Shown: one piece after another, positions 34,909 through 45,816 of the stretch
How positions within the stretch are numbered: position 1 is the stretch's first letter
Layout: every line of letters starts with the position of its first letter
NCBI GenBank assembly: GCA_963848305.1
Contig: CAWKDC010000001.1
Span: forward strand, 416,001-480,000
Source of the DNA: an uncultured Gammaproteobacteria bacterium
GTDB taxonomy: Bacteria > Pseudomonadota > Gammaproteobacteria > JABCZS01
Direction: 5' to 3'
Length of the DNA stretch: 64,000 nucleotides
Program-made: the position numbers and the translations under genes
Notes under the pieces: model-generated
Seen by the model: only the letters and a program-made list of their open reading frames with translations
Database searches by the model: none
What the model was told of the DNA's origin: nothing

Positions 34909-36615
34909 TTATAAATCACTATTTTTGATGTGTTGATCTTGTAGATTCCATTTCAATTCCGCTGGCGTAGCTTCTTTCGTTTTTCTAGCTTCGAAAAGGA
35001 GAGTCAATTTATGGATCACACCCGAAGCCGCTGGAAATCCCCCATCAAATGCATCGTACTGGCCTGATTCGAGGGCTACAACCGCAGCACGGATCAGCTG
35101 TCCGCGTAGTGTGTTTGGATGAGATTTAATCCAAGCTGACAGTTCATCAGTATGGGCTCGATGTAATATATGGAGATGTTCTTTAAATAAGTTGAAAATA
35201 TTCTCAGCCGTTTGTCTATAACCCACACCCCTCGACGAAAAAATAATAGTCGCGATCACATTGCTCGGTTCGCCGGCTGCAACAGCGGTTGGATTCTCGG
35301 GATCCGGTCGAATCGCCTCTTCGAGCAACAACAATGCCATTATTTTATTATCGACATTATTTTTATTCCATTCGCACCAGAATGCTTTTTTCAATTCATT
35401 GGCAATTATATCCTTCTGAGAAACTAAAAAAGAAGGTGGTGATTTCCAAAGATACCCTGGAAAAAATCTTCTCATTTTATTGAGAAACTTATAGGGACAG
35501 CCAATCTCTGCATTATTTATTTCAAATCCACCAGAAGAACGTAGCCGTAAGCATTTTGATTCAAAAACTCCAGTAAGTTTCTCCAAGCATTTTAATTCAA
35601 AAACTTCAATAAGTTTCCCCATTTCACGGGTGTTCGGAATCGTTTGTATACGTTTACGGGATTCATATAACTCGAAAAGGCATTCATCATTTTTATTTTT
35701 TAACTCAAATATGAAAGGATAGGTATGGAGCAATTGAAGATGGTCTCTTATTAGATCTCGAAGATATTCAATATCATCAAAGACAGGAAAAATTGATACT
35801 TTAGTCAACATCGTTTTATTTGTACATAGGAGCACTGAAAGAGTCATTTCAATTTTATCATGTTCAGATAAACGAGAGTCTCCAATGGCGGTAAGAATCT
35901 GCTGGGCACGGTCTGGATAATCATCAACATTTTCACTGTTGATGGTTTTAAGTAACTCAAGTCCTTTTTTGTCAAAACCATCGTCAGAATTTAGAATGAG
36001 CGAAACATCCATCTTTTTGTTCGGAGATTTCTCTGCTATCGCTTCGCACAGCTGGCTTAACTCATTGAATATCGGATAGTCTCCTTTATTTTCTTTAAAC
36101 AAACCTTTAAGTATATAAAAATCAGGGCACAACTGACCCAGTACATCTGTGAAATCTTGTAGATTGTTCTTAATAAATTGAGCATATACGCTTATCTTAC
36201 GTTCATTCTGTACAATATGCGCATGACTTACATAGTTAACTTTATTTTGACTCGAATCACATTTCGTATTGATCTTGAAAAAGGAAAAATAGGTATTTAA
36301 AAACTTTATTCTCAAATTGCAATCAGATTTAATACATGTCGGGAGGTTATTAATTACTTCATCAAGCAGTGGTTTTTTTTCAGTGGACGGCTGATTCAAC
36401 ACAACATCAAGCGAATGATTTTTATCGTCAATAGCGAGCATTAAATGACAGATGACAACTTCCATTAAAAACTTTGAATTGTCTTGTTCGCTCAATACAT
36501 TGCTTATGTTCTTGGATATAACTGTGCTATCATCGTAATCTGCCCTAGCATTTTCCAAGCGTGCTCGTAACACACTAATCAGTCTATCTAACTGCATGAT
36601 TGTCCTCCCATCCAT
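34909..36615 (-). CDS. AT-rich orphan protein, candidate effector
   Basis: 568 aa, low GC, no signal peptide or recognised motif. Confidence 0.65.
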   Translation of the reverse strand: MDGRTIMQLDRLISVLRARLENARADYDDSTVISKNISNVLSEQDNSKFLMEVVICHLMLAIDDKNHSLDVVLNQPSTEKKPLLDEVINNLPTCIKSDCNLRIKFLNTYFSFFKINTKCDSSQNKVNYVSHAHIVQNERKISVYAQFIKNNLQDFTDVLGQLCPDFYILKGLFKENKGDYPIFNELSQLCEAIAEKSPNKKMDVSLILNSDDGFDKKGLELLKTINSENVDDYPDRAQQILTAIGDSRLSEHDKIEMTLSVLLCTNKTMLTKVSIFPVFDDIEYLRDLIRDHLQLLHTYPFIFELKNKNDECLFELYESRKRIQTIPNTREMGKLIEVFELKCLEKLTGVFESKCLRLRSSGGFEINNAEIGCPYKFLNKMRRFFPGYLWKSPPSFLVSQKDIIANELKKAFWCEWNKNNVDNKIMALLLLEEAIRPDPENPTAVAAGEPSNVIATIIFSSRGVGYRQTAENIFNLFKEHLHILHRAHTDELSAWIKSHPNTLRGQLIRAAVVALESGQYDAFDGGFPAASGVIHKLTLLFEARKTKEATPAELKWNLQDQHIKNSDL

Positions 36616-36845
36616 ACACCCTGCCTACAGATACTCTACCGGGATGCATCATTTTAGTCAATAATCTAATTTATATATAAAGCAAGATTTTCTATCTAAT
36701 TGAATTACCAGCTGTTTTGAGCGAAATGGAATGAATTAATATAACGCTATGATTTTAAAGCAATAATGCTATTATGGTGGCAAAAGCTTGGTTTGGATCG
36801 TTCGTTCTGATAGAATGATAATAAATTGATACAGAGAGTTGACAC

Positions 36846-38592
36846 ATGACCAGTTCCGATACTATTTGCTGTCACATTTACTACCAGTTAAAAACCCAAA
36901 AAAGTCCCTATCTTCAAAAGGCAATATTGGGTTATGTGGCACTTTCACAACATCGACTTGTAACGTCAGCGGAACAGATTGAGCGTCAGATAGAGGCAGC
37001 GCTTGAAGGTGAGAATCCACTCTATATTCACTGGTATTCCATCGATTGGAAGCATTCAATTGCTCAAAAACTTATCTCAAGAAAGGTCGACACGAAAGCC
37101 ATTATCAATCATCGGACTGGCCCTGCAGCATATTTTACCCGTGCACAAGCACACCCTGTTGTTGGAACAGAAAGCGCTACTCATCTCACGATTGTGCCTC
37201 ATGTGCATTCTCTCTTTAATTCTCACCACTCAAAATATCTCATTAATGGTGATCAAATACAGATCATGTCTTGGGATATTGGGTGGCACGACACTGAAGC
37301 CAATGCATCTATTATCATTAAAAATGATAAGTTAGCGAAAAAAATGCTTAATTTATTTGAAAAACAGAAAAAACGCTGTCAAGGCCTTTTGGATGAAATG
37401 CATGATACATTTGTTGAAACGGATGATAACAACAAAAATATTCTGATCCTTTCAAAAAATGAATCCACGGGCCCCTCTCAAACGTATGCAATATCGCTCC
37501 CCGTTTCATTCGGCCTATCTCCAGGTGATCCAAAACGCTCAGACAAATATTTATATCTGCACACCCAATATCAATGATCACAAAATCTTAGAAGCGCTTT
37601 CACTTGCTGCATCGCGAGGCGTGAAAGTGGTGATCTTAATTGGAAAACATGCCAATGATAGCCGAGAAAGAAAACCATTCATGGGCGGAACAAATTTATC
37701 ATCACTTGAATCCCTTTTTCAAAAAACTGATCCTTGCTATCACGAGAATATTGAAGTCCGATGGAATTATTATGAGAACGTCTTTGGAGACGATTTAAAT
37801 AGACGAAAAATACATGCCAAATTCGCCATTTTTGACGAGGAGATCGTCATGGCAGGAACCTCACCACTGGATAAGCAATCCGTCTATTTTTCTGAGGAAC
37901 TGGATGTTATTATTCAGAACGATGAGATTGCAAAACAATATATGAGCGCGTTTCAGGATTTCTCGAACGAAAATAGAACCGATGATAAAAAATGTTTTAA
38001 CGGCGTGACAAAACGGGATGAATTCATCAACTACCATGTCGAACGACTTGAATCTTTTAAAGTAGCCATTAAAAGAAACATCCAAAAGTCAGTAAAAAAT
38101 GATAATGAATTTAATTCCCTATGGACTACCATTGAACAAGCCAAATCAAGACGAGCAGTATTTAAAGGCATTCATGATGGAATGGAATCTGCGAAAAAAA
38201 ATAACAACTCACCTTTAGAGAGCGTATTACGTTCCACCTTAGAAGACTTCTTCTCTATGACAGAAAAACATCAATATATCGAAGCAGAAACTGTTCATTT
38301 TAATCTATCACCGACATATCCCCTCTCTTGGAGTATTGGTCTTGGCGTTCTCTGTGGGGCAGGATTATTAATTAGCTTCTTCCTCATGAATCACTATGAG
38401 ATATCTGTCACCAACAATTCTTACGATCATTGGATTGAAGAGGTGTTCAATATTCATGTTGATGCCAGCAGAAACCGTATTGCACCCACCACCCCTGTCA
38501 CGCTAGTCGCATTACCGATATTATTTGGCGTGGGTATCGGCTTGTACCGAAGCTGGGTCAAAGAGAAAAAAATCAACCCAGCCCCCCTGTAG
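36846..38592 (+). CDS. Phospholipase D family protein with C-terminal TM pair, frameshift near 37455
   Basis: Degenerate HSKYLINGD in ORF 36846-37577; canonical HAKFAIFD..GT in ORF 37459-38592; A6 run at the junction. Confidence 0.78.
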
Positions 38593-38666
38593 ATCCAGAT
38601 AAGATTCATTTAAGATCCCCTATCCTTCGCCGATACCCTCTCTGAATACCCTTAAAACGAGAGGAG

Positions 38667-38912
38667 ATGATCATGACCAACAAGAAACACCCTGTGGATG
38701 ACATTCAGGAAGATATTCGGAATGAAGCCCATGTATTGAAGGCCGATGCTGAAGAGCTTATCCATGATGTGACTGAAAAAGCACAACATCTTGAACAAGA
38801 AGTGGAAGCTTATACGAAAGCCGCGAAACAGTACATCACGAAAAATCCTTTAAAATCAACTGCCATTGCAGCATTTGCTGGGGTATTGATCGGCAAATTG
38901 TTTGGCAAGTAA
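38667..38912 (+). CDS. DUF883/ElaB/YqjD family protein
   Basis: YITKNPLKSTAIAAFAGVLIG C-terminal anchor. Confidence 0.85.
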   Translation: MIMTNKKHPVDDIQEDIRNEAHVLKADAEELIHDVTEKAQHLEQEVEAYTKAAKQYITKNPLKSTAIAAFAGVLIGKLFGK

Positions 38913-38916
38913 TAAA

Positions 38917-39276
38917 ATGAAGGACAATCCCTTTGAAAAGCTGGGAAGCGCTTACCTCGCCCTCATCCGTGAGCATGCCACCCTTTTTACATTGGAAAAG
39001 GCCCTCGCCAAACAAAGTATCCTGCCGTTTTTGATCAGTATGGGGGGTAGCTTCTTACTGATCATCAGCATATGGATCACCCTCCTCGTGATTACATCCT
39101 ATGGGATTTATCTGCTGACGCAGAACCTGAACAATACACTTATCATCATCAGCGTGATTCAATTGGTAGGCCTGGCACTCGGGCTCTTCTTGATGAAAAT
39201 GTATCTTAAGCGTATGGGATTTAAGCACACGCGGGCTCATCTTAAAATGTTTTTGGAGAATGATGATGAGCCGTAA
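38917..39276 (+). CDS. YqjE-like (phage-holin superfamily) membrane protein
   Basis: 2 TM, FKHTRAHL, follows DUF883. Confidence 0.7.
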   Translation: MKDNPFEKLGSAYLALIREHATLFTLEKALAKQSILPFLISMGGSFLLIISIWITLLVITSYGIYLLTQNLNNTLIIISVIQLVGLALGLFLMKMYLKRMGFKHTRAHLKMFLENDDEP

Positions 39277-39514
39277 ATCCCTGATCAAATCGATTCAAGA
39301 AACGAATGATGCGATCACGCTGCATCAACGTCAAATACATGCGGCCAATGAAGCCATCTCACAGGCCATCACCCCACCCACCCCTTATGTCTATGCCCTG
39401 CCGATCGTAGCATTTTTATTGGGATTACGTTATTCTAAGGTGTGCTCGAAAGTCGTATCATTGAAACAGATGTATACTTACGGGATGTTGCTTCTTCCTC
39501 TGTTTAAGGACTAA
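39260..39514 (+). CDS. Small protein in the YqjK position
   Basis: Third gene of the DUF883-YqjE operon; one hydrophobic segment. Confidence 0.5.
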   Translation: MMMSRKSLIKSIQETNDAITLHQRQIHAANEAISQAITPPTPYVYALPIVAFLLGLRYSKVCSKVVSLKQMYTYGMLLLPLFKD

Positions 39515-39517
39515 CGC

Positions 39518-40687
39518 GTGTCTGATTTGCTCCGTCAAGATCTGAAAACCCTTGTGAATATTAACAGCCACTCACTCAACCCCGTCGGCGTACGTGCCGT
39601 AGGGGAATACTTGCGACCAAGGTTTGAGGCGTTAGGTTTTCATACCGAATGGCATCCAAACACCGATCCACATTACGGCGATCATTTGTTTGCAACACAT
39701 CCAGGCACAGGTTCTCACATTTTATTATTAGGCCATTTAGACACAGTATATTCTGTTGACAGTCCCTTTCAACACTACCATGACACGGCAGACAAAGCCT
39801 TCGGCCCCGGTGTGTATGACATGAAAGGCGGCCTGTTGGTGATATTGTACGCACTCGAATCATTGCACGCTTCAGGTTTCCTGAAAAACAAGCACATCAC
39901 TGTCGCATTATTGGGCGATGAAGAACAAACGTCTCAACCTTGGGAAATCAGCCGTCAAGCATTATTAAAAGCAGCACTAACCGCAAACATTGCGCTCGGT
40001 TTTGAATTTGCGCGAGCATTGAACGTTGCGGTGATTGAACGACGCGGCACAACCAATTGGACGCTGGATGTCCGCGCCAAAGGTGGTCATTCATCACGCA
40101 TCACGCATGTGGACAGTGGCTCAGGCGCGATTTATCATACCATGCGTATTTTACAAAACATGCGCGATGAAATGCTGAAACATGACGGGTTAACATTGAA
40201 TCCTGGCGTGATCGCCGGCGGCAGTTCCCTCATCGTGAAGGAAGCCAGCATTGAAACCGTGGGCGCGCAAAATATCATTGCATCCCATGCGATGGTGCGT
40301 GGAGATGTGCGCTATACGCACCGTGATCAACTTGATGCAGCGGAAACGGCTTTACAACATCTTTTGCACGATAAAGATGATCCACACATGCAAGCCGTCC
40401 TAGCATTTTCACCCCCGAAACCTGCCATGGAGCGCAAACCGGGTAATGAGACTTTGCTCGCTCAATTCAGTGAGATCAGTGTGTCATTGGGCGGCGAACC
40501 GGTACATGCCGTTGATCGCATGATTGCCGGCGCCTCTGACATGAACATGGTCAGCCCTTACGTTCCTGCCTGCCTCGACAGCCTTGGCGTATTCGGCGGC
40601 GGTGCACATACTGAACAGGAATGGATGAGTATCCAAGATTTCCCGTTTGTGGTTGAGCGGGTGAAAAGGATGTTACTGTCGATCTAA
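39518..40687 (+). CDS. M20 family metallopeptidase (carboxypeptidase G2-like)
   Basis: GHLDTV, GPGVYDMKGG, DEE, GGHS, GAHTEQE. Confidence 0.9.
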   Translation: MSDLLRQDLKTLVNINSHSLNPVGVRAVGEYLRPRFEALGFHTEWHPNTDPHYGDHLFATHPGTGSHILLLGHLDTVYSVDSPFQHYHDTADKAFGPGVYDMKGGLLVILYALESLHASGFLKNKHITVALLGDEEQTSQPWEISRQALLKAALTANIALGFEFARALNVAVIERRGTTNWTLDVRAKGGHSSRITHVDSGSGAIYHTMRILQNMRDEMLKHDGLTLNPGVIAGGSSLIVKEASIETVGAQNIIASHAMVRGDVRYTHRDQLDAAETALQHLLHDKDDPHMQAVLAFSPPKPAMERKPGNETLLAQFSEISVSLGGEPVHAVDRMIAGASDMNMVSPYVPACLDSLGVFGGGAHTEQEWMSIQDFPFVVERVKRMLLSI

Positions 40688-40805
40688 ATCATCATTTTAT
40701 CTTTTATATCAGTGTGTTGCATGATAATCTCTTTTGTGTTGAAGCATGACTGGTAATTTCAGAAAAATTATTGTACACTGAATATGTACATATCCAGGAG
40801 CTCCT

Positions 40806-41036
40806 ATGAAACAGATTAATATCACAGAATTTCGTCAGCATTTACCGAGCTATTTGTCCTCTGTACAAAAAGGTGCTGAAATCATGATCACTTCCCATGG
40901 TCGTGTCATCGCCCATATTGTGCCTCCTGCAGAGCCTCAAAAAAAGGCGCAAGAAAAATTACAAGCGTTGCGTCAACATGCCGTTGTTGGAGATGTCACT
41001 TCTCCCATTGACGAAGAATGGGGCGCTGCTCAATGA
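40806..41036 (+). CDS. Phd/YefM family antitoxin
   Basis: INITEFRQHLPSYLSSV..GAEIMITSHGRVIAHIVP. Confidence 0.9.
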   Translation: MKQINITEFRQHLPSYLSSVQKGAEIMITSHGRVIAHIVPPAEPQKKAQEKLQALRQHAVVGDVTSPIDEEWGAAQ

Positions 41037-41431
41037 TCATTTTAGATACATGCGCGTTAATTTATGATGCACTATCGCCAGAAAAATTAGGGAGGGCGGC
41101 TAAGAAGGCTATTTTTGCTTCAGTCAAATCGGGCACATTGGCATGTAGTGATATCAGTTTATGGGAAATTGGGATGCTCATTCAGAAAAAGAGATTAGAG
41201 CTTGATCTTTCCACTGTTGAATTTCTAGACTTGGTGCTACAGGCGCGGGGGCTGCAAGTACTCAGTATCACCACTGAAATTGCAGCACTCGCTACGGATA
41301 TTGTTCAATTCAAACATGCAGATCCTGCTGATAGAATCATTGCAGCAACAGCAATGCACCATCGTGCGAAATTGTTAACCAGCGATAAGAAATTACAAGC
41401 ATTTTCAGGATTAGTCACGATTTGGGACTGA
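41033..41431 (+). CDS. vapC: VapC PIN-domain toxin
   Basis: ILDT, SDISLWE, HADPADRIIAATA, LLTSD; ATGA overlap with the antitoxin. Confidence 0.92.
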   Translation: MIILDTCALIYDALSPEKLGRAAKKAIFASVKSGTLACSDISLWEIGMLIQKKRLELDLSTVEFLDLVLQARGLQVLSITTEIAALATDIVQFKHADPADRIIAATAMHHRAKLLTSDKKLQAFSGLVTIWD

Positions 41432-41643
41432 TCAAATACAAGGACTATTTGCCCCCTTTGAGGGTTTTTTGAGGGTTTAGATACGCAAAGTTTAGCCAGG
41501 CAGCCCATTTTTTATCTAAAAATCAGTCAGTTATAAAAGGCGGCATTATCAGTTTTCGCCTACAACGCTCACTATACCTATTGATAATTCAGATCAAGCA
41601 TGTTAACATTCTCAAATCTGTCATAATAGAGGAATATATCATC

Positions 41644-42651
41644 ATGAATAATGGGAATAATATCCAAAATAATCAAAATGCGGAATTCATATCGGCAATA
41701 CGTAACAAAGATTTTACCACGGTTTTTAACCTCATCAGCAAACCGGGACTAGACATCAACTGTGCACAACCTGAGGCTCACCGCACGAGATGGGATAGCT
41801 CAGATCAAGATCCAATCCCCCCTCAAGATATCACACCCCTTATAGAGGCGACAACGCGTGAACGATTTGATGTTGTGGCGCTCTTGTTGGGTCAAATTGA
41901 TATCAAGGTAGATGCTACCTGGAGAGGAAAAACTGCAGAGCAATGGGCAGAGGGGAAAATAAAAACATTATTTGACGCTCATGCTAAAGGGTATTCCAAA
42001 TCCTGGTTCATTGAGGAAGCTAAAAATGCCAGCCAACCCATCACCTTTTTCAAAGCAATCCGCAACGCCGACCTAGTGAAAACAACATCTCTCCTATCGA
42101 ATGGAACAAATATCAATATCATCGCTGAGAACAACACATCTGCCCTGGTGTTATGTGCAGCGGGAAGAATTCTAGGAATAGGACTTGCATTCACGCCGAT
42201 ATTGAGTGGAATGAACATGGCATTCATCGAGAATAATTTAACCACATTCAAGAAGAAAAGCTCTATAGATAAGACGCCCTTTCTTGACGAACGATTTATA
42301 CCCGTCGCTAACGCCTTGCTAGACAAAGGAATCGACGTCAATGCTCGAACACACGACGGACTAACAGCACTGATATTGGCTGCCGCAGTGGGCGATATAC
42401 AATTTATTTCGTTACTGATGTCGAAACGCCCACATGATCTTAACATGAGTCTACGTGATAATGAGACCAGCAGAAATGCCAAAGAATGGGCAGAAAGATG
42501 CGGACATACCTCTGTTGTTTCAATCATAGAAACATATGAAGATTTCGCAAAAAATACAACACACGTAGAAACTCCCGTGAGATTGAGCGGCTCCAGCGCT
42601 AGCACTTCACAACCGGGTCAGCGTAACAATTCTTCGTTAGAGCCATCTTAG
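41644..42651 (+). CDS. Ankyrin-repeat protein, candidate effector
   Basis: TPLIEA, LLSNGTNIN, LLDKGIDVNARTHDGLTALILAA; Ser-rich tail. Confidence 0.85.
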   Translation: MNNGNNIQNNQNAEFISAIRNKDFTTVFNLISKPGLDINCAQPEAHRTRWDSSDQDPIPPQDITPLIEATTRERFDVVALLLGQIDIKVDATWRGKTAEQWAEGKIKTLFDAHAKGYSKSWFIEEAKNASQPITFFKAIRNADLVKTTSLLSNGTNINIIAENNTSALVLCAAGRILGIGLAFTPILSGMNMAFIENNLTTFKKKSSIDKTPFLDERFIPVANALLDKGIDVNARTHDGLTALILAAAVGDIQFISLLMSKRPHDLNMSLRDNETSRNAKEWAERCGHTSVVSIIETYEDFAKNTTHVETPVRLSGSSASTSQPGQRNNSSLEPS

Positions 42652-42687
42652 AAGAGAGTCGTACAGCCTGGTAAATGGAAAGAGAGA

Positions 42688-44061
42688 TCAGCCAATATAT
42701 TCCATCAACATCTCCACAGGCACGCGGGTCTGCACCAATGTGTCGCGATCGCGAATGGTTACCGTGTCTTTCAAGGCTGGATCGGAATCTTCAGCGCCGA
42801 TGGTGTCAAAGTCGACGGTGATGCACACAGGCGTGCCGATTTCATCGTGACGACGATAATTTTTACCGATGTTGCCTGAATTTTCAAGCACCACACGACC
42901 GCGCACATGACCACGCAATGTATTCACAATATTCTCAGCATAAGAGACCAGTTCTGGCTTGTTTTTCGCCAAGGGCACGACAGCGACTTTGATGGGTGCT
43001 AAATGCCGTTTCAATTTCAACACAGTGCGCGTTTCGCCATTGGGCAAGGTTTCTTCACAATACGCTTCCGCTAACACGGCCAAAACACCGCGATCGACAC
43101 CGGCGGAAGGTTCGATCACATAAGGAACAAACCATTCTTTAGATTCTAAATCTTGCACGGCCAATTTTTGCACGCTGTCATGATTGGGCAATACTTTAGC
43201 AGTGATGTTAAACGATTCAGGCGATTTGGTGTGTGAACCCAAATCGTAATCCGTGCGATTCGCCACCCCTTCCAATTCTTCCACGCCATGCGGGAAACGA
43301 TAACAAATATCGACAGTAGCTTTAGAATAGTGTGCAAGCTCATCTGACTTTTGTGAAACCTTCTCAAGATTCTCCGCACTCAAACCCTGAGACAACCACC
43401 AATTGTAACGTTGATCTACCCAATATTGGTGCCACTTGTCGTCTTCGCCGGGTTTCACAAAAAACTCTAATTCCATTTGCTCAAATTCACGCACACGAAA
43501 TATAAAATTGCGGGGGGTGATTTCATTGCGAAAGGCTTTACCAATTTGTGCGATACCAAAAGGCAGTTTCGGCACCACACTATCCATCACATTTTTAAAA
43601 TTCGTGAAAATGCCTTGAGCGGTTTCAGGACGCAAATAGGCCAACGCATCATCGTTCACGACCGGACCAACTTGCGTGCGGAACATCAAATTAAACGGAC
43701 GAGGTTCCGTTAAGTCTTTTTTACCGCACACCAAACACTGGCCGTCTTTCACAAAATCTGCACGGAAGCGGGACTGACAGTTTTTGCAATCAACCATAGG
43801 ATCAGTAAAGGTTTCTTCATGACCAGAATGCTGCAACACCGTGCGGGCGGTCACAATACTGGAATCCAATCCTTCCACATCATCGCGGTTATATACCATG
43901 GACTGCCACCAGGCTTGTTTCAGATTATTTTTAAGCTCAACACCCATAGGGCCATAATCATAAAAGCCTTGTAGCCCGCCATAAATCTGACTGGACGGAA
44001 AAATAAAACCACGGCGCTTACAGAGCGCGACCAAAGATTCCATGCTTGTTGCTGCCATCAC
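42688..44061 (-). CDS. glyQS: Glycyl-tRNA synthetase, homodimeric (alpha2) type
   Basis: [67 protein letters not shown]. Confidence 0.95.
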   Translation of the reverse strand: MMAATSMESLVALCKRRGFIFPSSQIYGGLQGFYDYGPMGVELKNNLKQAWWQSMVYNRDDVEGLDSSIVTARTVLQHSGHEETFTDPMVDCKNCQSRFRADFVKDGQCLVCGKKDLTEPRPFNLMFRTQVGPVVNDDALAYLRPETAQGIFTNFKNVMDSVVPKLPFGIAQIGKAFRNEITPRNFIFRVREFEQMELEFFVKPGEDDKWHQYWVDQRYNWWLSQGLSAENLEKVSQKSDELAHYSKATVDICYRFPHGVEELEGVANRTDYDLGSHTKSPESFNITAKVLPNHDSVQKLAVQDLESKEWFVPYVIEPSAGVDRGVLAVLAEAYCEETLPNGETRTVLKLKRHLAPIKVAVVPLAKNKPELVSYAENIVNTLRGHVRGRVVLENSGNIGKNYRRHDEIGTPVCITVDFDTIGAEDSDPALKDTVTIRDRDTLVQTRVPVEMLMEYIG

Positions 44062-44098
44062 TCACCCGCTTTAATGAAGAAAGCGGTATACTACCACG

Positions 44099-45007
44099 AT
44101 GTCGACCTCCATTGAAACACTGTTAGCGAGCATTCCCCCTTCAACCCTGAAGAGGGCTGCTGAAACATTGTCCCAGCGTTACCGTGATGGGGATAAACCT
44201 TATTTAACGGAAACATCACATTATCTGGCCTATTTGGCTGTTCGTCTACCAGCTACTTTTCAAGCCATATCAGCCGTGTTTCAATCGATTGATCCGTCCA
44301 CGGTTCACTCATTTTTAGACCTTGGGGCAGGCCCAGGAACAGGCTATTTGGCCGCTCAAGCCCATTTTACTGCGCTGACGGAAGCCACGTTGGTCGAAAC
44401 AGACCCTCAATTTATCGATATCGGCAAGCAAATCACTGATGGGCCGGTCACGTGGAAGCGCGCTACCCTTCCGACTATTCTGCCTCCACACGATGTGGTG
44501 CTCTTATCCTACAGTTTGAGCGAAATGGATGAGCCTGAGAAAGTCTTGAGATCTGCCTGGATGGCGACACAACAATATTTGGTGATTGTAGAACCCGGTA
44601 CTCCCGCGGGGTATGAACAATTGATGGGGGTTCGTGACGCCCTCTTATCTGAAGGCGCTTTCATGGTTGCGCCTTGTCCAAATGCCCTTCCCTGTCCCAT
44701 GACAAATGGTGACTGGTGCCATTTTCCTGCACGGGTTGAACGCAATCGTTTGCACCGTTATTTAAAAAGCGGCACGCTCAGCTATGAGGACGAAAAATAC
44801 AGTTTTATCGTGATGTCAAAAACGGAAAAACCATTGCCCCGGGCACGTATTATTGCACCCATCACCTTCAAAAAAGGACATATGATTTTACCTTTATGCA
44901 CGGAAGGCAAAATTGAGGCAACAGTGGTTTCACAAAAAGACAAAGCGCTGTATAAAAGCTGTCGGAAAAAAGAATGGGGCGATGCATTTTCAGGAGATAA
45001 CACATGA
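44099..45007 (+). CDS. Rsm22/METTL17 family SAM-dependent methyltransferase-like protein
   Basis: AYLAVRLPATF, LDLGAGPGT, IVEPGTPAG, APCPNALPCP..WCHF, EDEKYSF. Confidence 0.88.
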   Translation: MSTSIETLLASIPPSTLKRAAETLSQRYRDGDKPYLTETSHYLAYLAVRLPATFQAISAVFQSIDPSTVHSFLDLGAGPGTGYLAAQAHFTALTEATLVETDPQFIDIGKQITDGPVTWKRATLPTILPPHDVVLLSYSLSEMDEPEKVLRSAWMATQQYLVIVEPGTPAGYEQLMGVRDALLSEGAFMVAPCPNALPCPMTNGDWCHFPARVERNRLHRYLKSGTLSYEDEKYSFIVMSKTEKPLPRARIIAPITFKKGHMILPLCTEGKIEATVVSQKDKALYKSCRKKEWGDAFSGDNT

Positions 45008-45816
45008 AAACGGTTTTTCTAATAATGGTTATATTTTTCCATCAAGCCCATGCTGGCATCACGACCATTCCTTTTCATAACACAGTATTCGAAAAAGACT
45101 GTTGCCTCGTGATTTCCCATGCAGGTGGCAGCATTCAAGGTTTTCCTTACACCAATTCTCTCGAAGCATTGGATGCCAATTATGCATTAGGGCGACGGGT
45201 TTTTGAATTAGATTTTGATCAAACAAAAGATGGCCATTGGGTGGGCAGCCATGCCTGGGACAATCAACCATTATCTCGATATGACAGGATCATGTCGTTA
45301 TTTGGCGCCGCTGCGCCGAAACCAACGGCGCCCACGCTGGCTGATTTCTCAAGTCAAGCATTACATGGGAAATTCACACCATTCACATTGTCTTCTCTCG
45401 CAGCGTGGCTCAGCCAACACCCCGATGCCACTGTCGTCATCGACACGCAAAATGTTTTGCCAACACTTTATGAAGCGTTGGATGCATACCCCACGATTCA
45501 ACACCACATTGTGTTTCAAGCCTATGATCAGGCCGATCTTGATTTTCTGGCCTCAAAACACATTCCGATGTCACGCATTATTTTTTCAAATTACCAATCC
45601 ATGCTGAATGCTGATCAACTGATCGCCCTGTTTATACGTGAGAAGATCGGGGCGCTCACTTTGCCAGCATCCCAAGCCCTTCAAGACATTCACACATTGC
45701 GCGCTGCATTGCCTAACACACCGATTTATGTTCACGGCAAGCCCGCCTCGATTAATTCACTAGAGTTGCAAGATCGTTTTGCGGAAGCGGGTGTCTCGGG
45801 GTTTTATCTTGATTAG
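45004..45816 (+). CDS. Exported glycerophosphodiester phosphodiesterase-like protein
   Basis: SHAGG, YTNSLEAL, FELD..TKDG..V..H. Confidence 0.75.
   Translation: MKTVFLIMVIFFHQAHAGITTIPFHNTVFEKDCCLVISHAGGSIQGFPYTNSLEALDANYALGRRVFELDFDQTKDGHWVGSHAWDNQPLSRYDRIMSLFGAAAPKPTAPTLADFSSQALHGKFTPFTLSSLAAWLSQHPDATVVIDTQNVLPTLYEALDAYPTIQHHIVFQAYDQADLDFLASKHIPMSRIIFSNYQSMLNADQLIALFIREKIGALTLPASQALQDIHTLRAALPNTPIYVHGKPASINSLELQDRFAEAGVSGFYLD

Noticed and set aside
40806-41580. TA pair as an integron cassette or transposon cargo
   Set aside because: No convincing attC palindrome, integron integrase or terminal repeats; treated as an ordinary vapBC-type locus.
41979-42605. 208-aa antisense ORF in the ankyrin gene (and similar antisense ORFs such as 52617-53150 and 59969-60568)
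   Set aside because: Fully nested on the opposite strand of well-supported genes, with no motifs of their own.
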